64,000 bases of DNA, taken from the NCBI RefSeq assembly GCF_021028975.2, contig NC_059429.1:31248001-31312000 (forward strand). Direction: 5' to 3'. The first letter of the stretch is position 1, and every line of letters starts with the position of its first letter. The position numbers and the translations under genes are program-made. The stretch comes from Sphaerodactylus townsendi (Eukaryota). The notes under the pieces were generated by a model. The model was not told where the DNA came from. It saw only the letters and a program-made list of their open reading frames with translations, and did no database searches. This document shows positions 62,961 to 64,000 of this stretch, in pieces.

Positions 62961-63845
62961 CTCTCCCTCTGCAGCTTTGAGCACCCTCCAAAATGTTGAA
63001 GGCCAGGAGAATCAGTGTAATGTAGTGCTTAGTGGGTCAGATCTGGAATTGTAAGGTTCAAACATCTGCTCTTCTAAGGAAACTTGCAGAACCACCTTGG
63101 GTCAGAAACTCTCTCTCAGTTGTTGTGAGAATACAATGGAGGAAAGGAGAATGACTAAGAGTGCAATCCACGGGTGGGAAGGGGGAATGAATGAATCATG
63201 GATGTGGCATGAGAGCATGCAAATAAGGGTAGCCTAATGCCAGCACAAGGGCCAAATCCACAAGCGGAGGGAGAGAGAAATGCCAGCAGTGGGGCACTGC
63301 ACAGATTCACAGTGGCAAACAGGGAAGCTGCCATGCTGGTGCACCTCTGGTGTAGGACCCCACACCAGCATGGATGAAGGCATTCTGGTGGTGCTCCTAG
63401 GGGCAGAACCAACATTAGTTAGCTTCCACAGAACTTTCAGTCTGGGAATATCTCCTATGCCTGCCGGTGACTTATGATATGAAAATTGCAGGCATACATT
63501 GCCGGAAAAGAACAGTAAGTTGTGTGTGGAAGGTTTTATTTTATTTTATGCTTTTAAAAATCTTCTCTGTACCTCCCCAATCTTATTTGGAGCTGGTGCC
63601 ACTGTGCCTTGGTGGCGCAATACCCAGTCATTGAAAAACTGTTTATTCCCCATAGATTGCACTGCCCCCTGGTTGGGATATACTTGCCATGCAGAAGCTC
63701 CCAGGTTCAATCCCCAGTATGACTGAGATACTTATTTTTAACTAGCGGGGCCTGGCCACGCGTTGCTGTGGAATTGTCCTGATCACAGTCCGCAACCCAC
63801 ACAGATGTCCATGCAGGTCCAATGACCCCCAGCATAGCCTTTTGG

Positions 63846-64000
63846 GAGCAGCAGTGGCGTAGTGGCTAAGAGCAGGTGCACTCTGATCTGGAGGAACCGG
63901 GTTTGATTCCCAGCTCTGCAGCTTGAGTTGTGGAGGCTTATCTGGGGAATTCAGATTAGCCTGTACACTCCCACACACGCCAGCTGTGTGACCTTGGGCT
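63846..64000 (+). mobile_element. tRNA/CORE SINE 5' part
   Basis: GTGGCGTAGTGGCTAAGAGC A box, GGTTTGATTCCC B box; preceded by an ACTAGCGGGGCCTGGCCACGCGTTG Helitron-like start at 63741. Confidence 0.8.

Noticed and set aside
63846-63920. tRNA gene
   Set aside because: A and B boxes belong to a SINE; no cloverleaf or T-run terminator.

Overview
This is vertebrate, repeat-rich genomic DNA. The repeat set (tRNA/CORE SINEs, 5S-Sauria SINEs, CR1, L2, RTE-X-like LINEs, Penelope, hAT and Harbinger MITEs) points to a squamate reptile, most likely a gecko (inference). I found no intact host protein-coding gene. Main structures: (1) An 11.1-kb class I ERV (4676-15795; 4-bp TSD GTTA; Leu-tRNA PBS) carries two different, successive gag-pol remnants inside one LTR pair. 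(2) A young chromoviral (Tf1/sushi-type) Gypsy element (4775-9656, minus strand, TSD CATAG) is inserted in the ERV 5' LTR; it shows a self-priming PBS signature and itself contains a hAT MITE. (3) A decayed multi-exon gene of unknown identity lies on the minus strand (best exons at 30.7, 30.0, 23.1, 21.8 and 17.9 kb), with phase-compatible splice sites and nonsense codons. (4) Penelope-derived fragments carry minimal hammerhead ribozyme motifs, and there is a GIY-YIG remnant bounded by splice signals. Some repeat interiors (Gypsy, CR1 at 60.6-63 kb, MITE hairpin arms) look like unpolished long-read sequence, so their frameshifts may be artefacts. Boundaries of old repeats are approximate, and all family assignments come from motif recognition without database searches.
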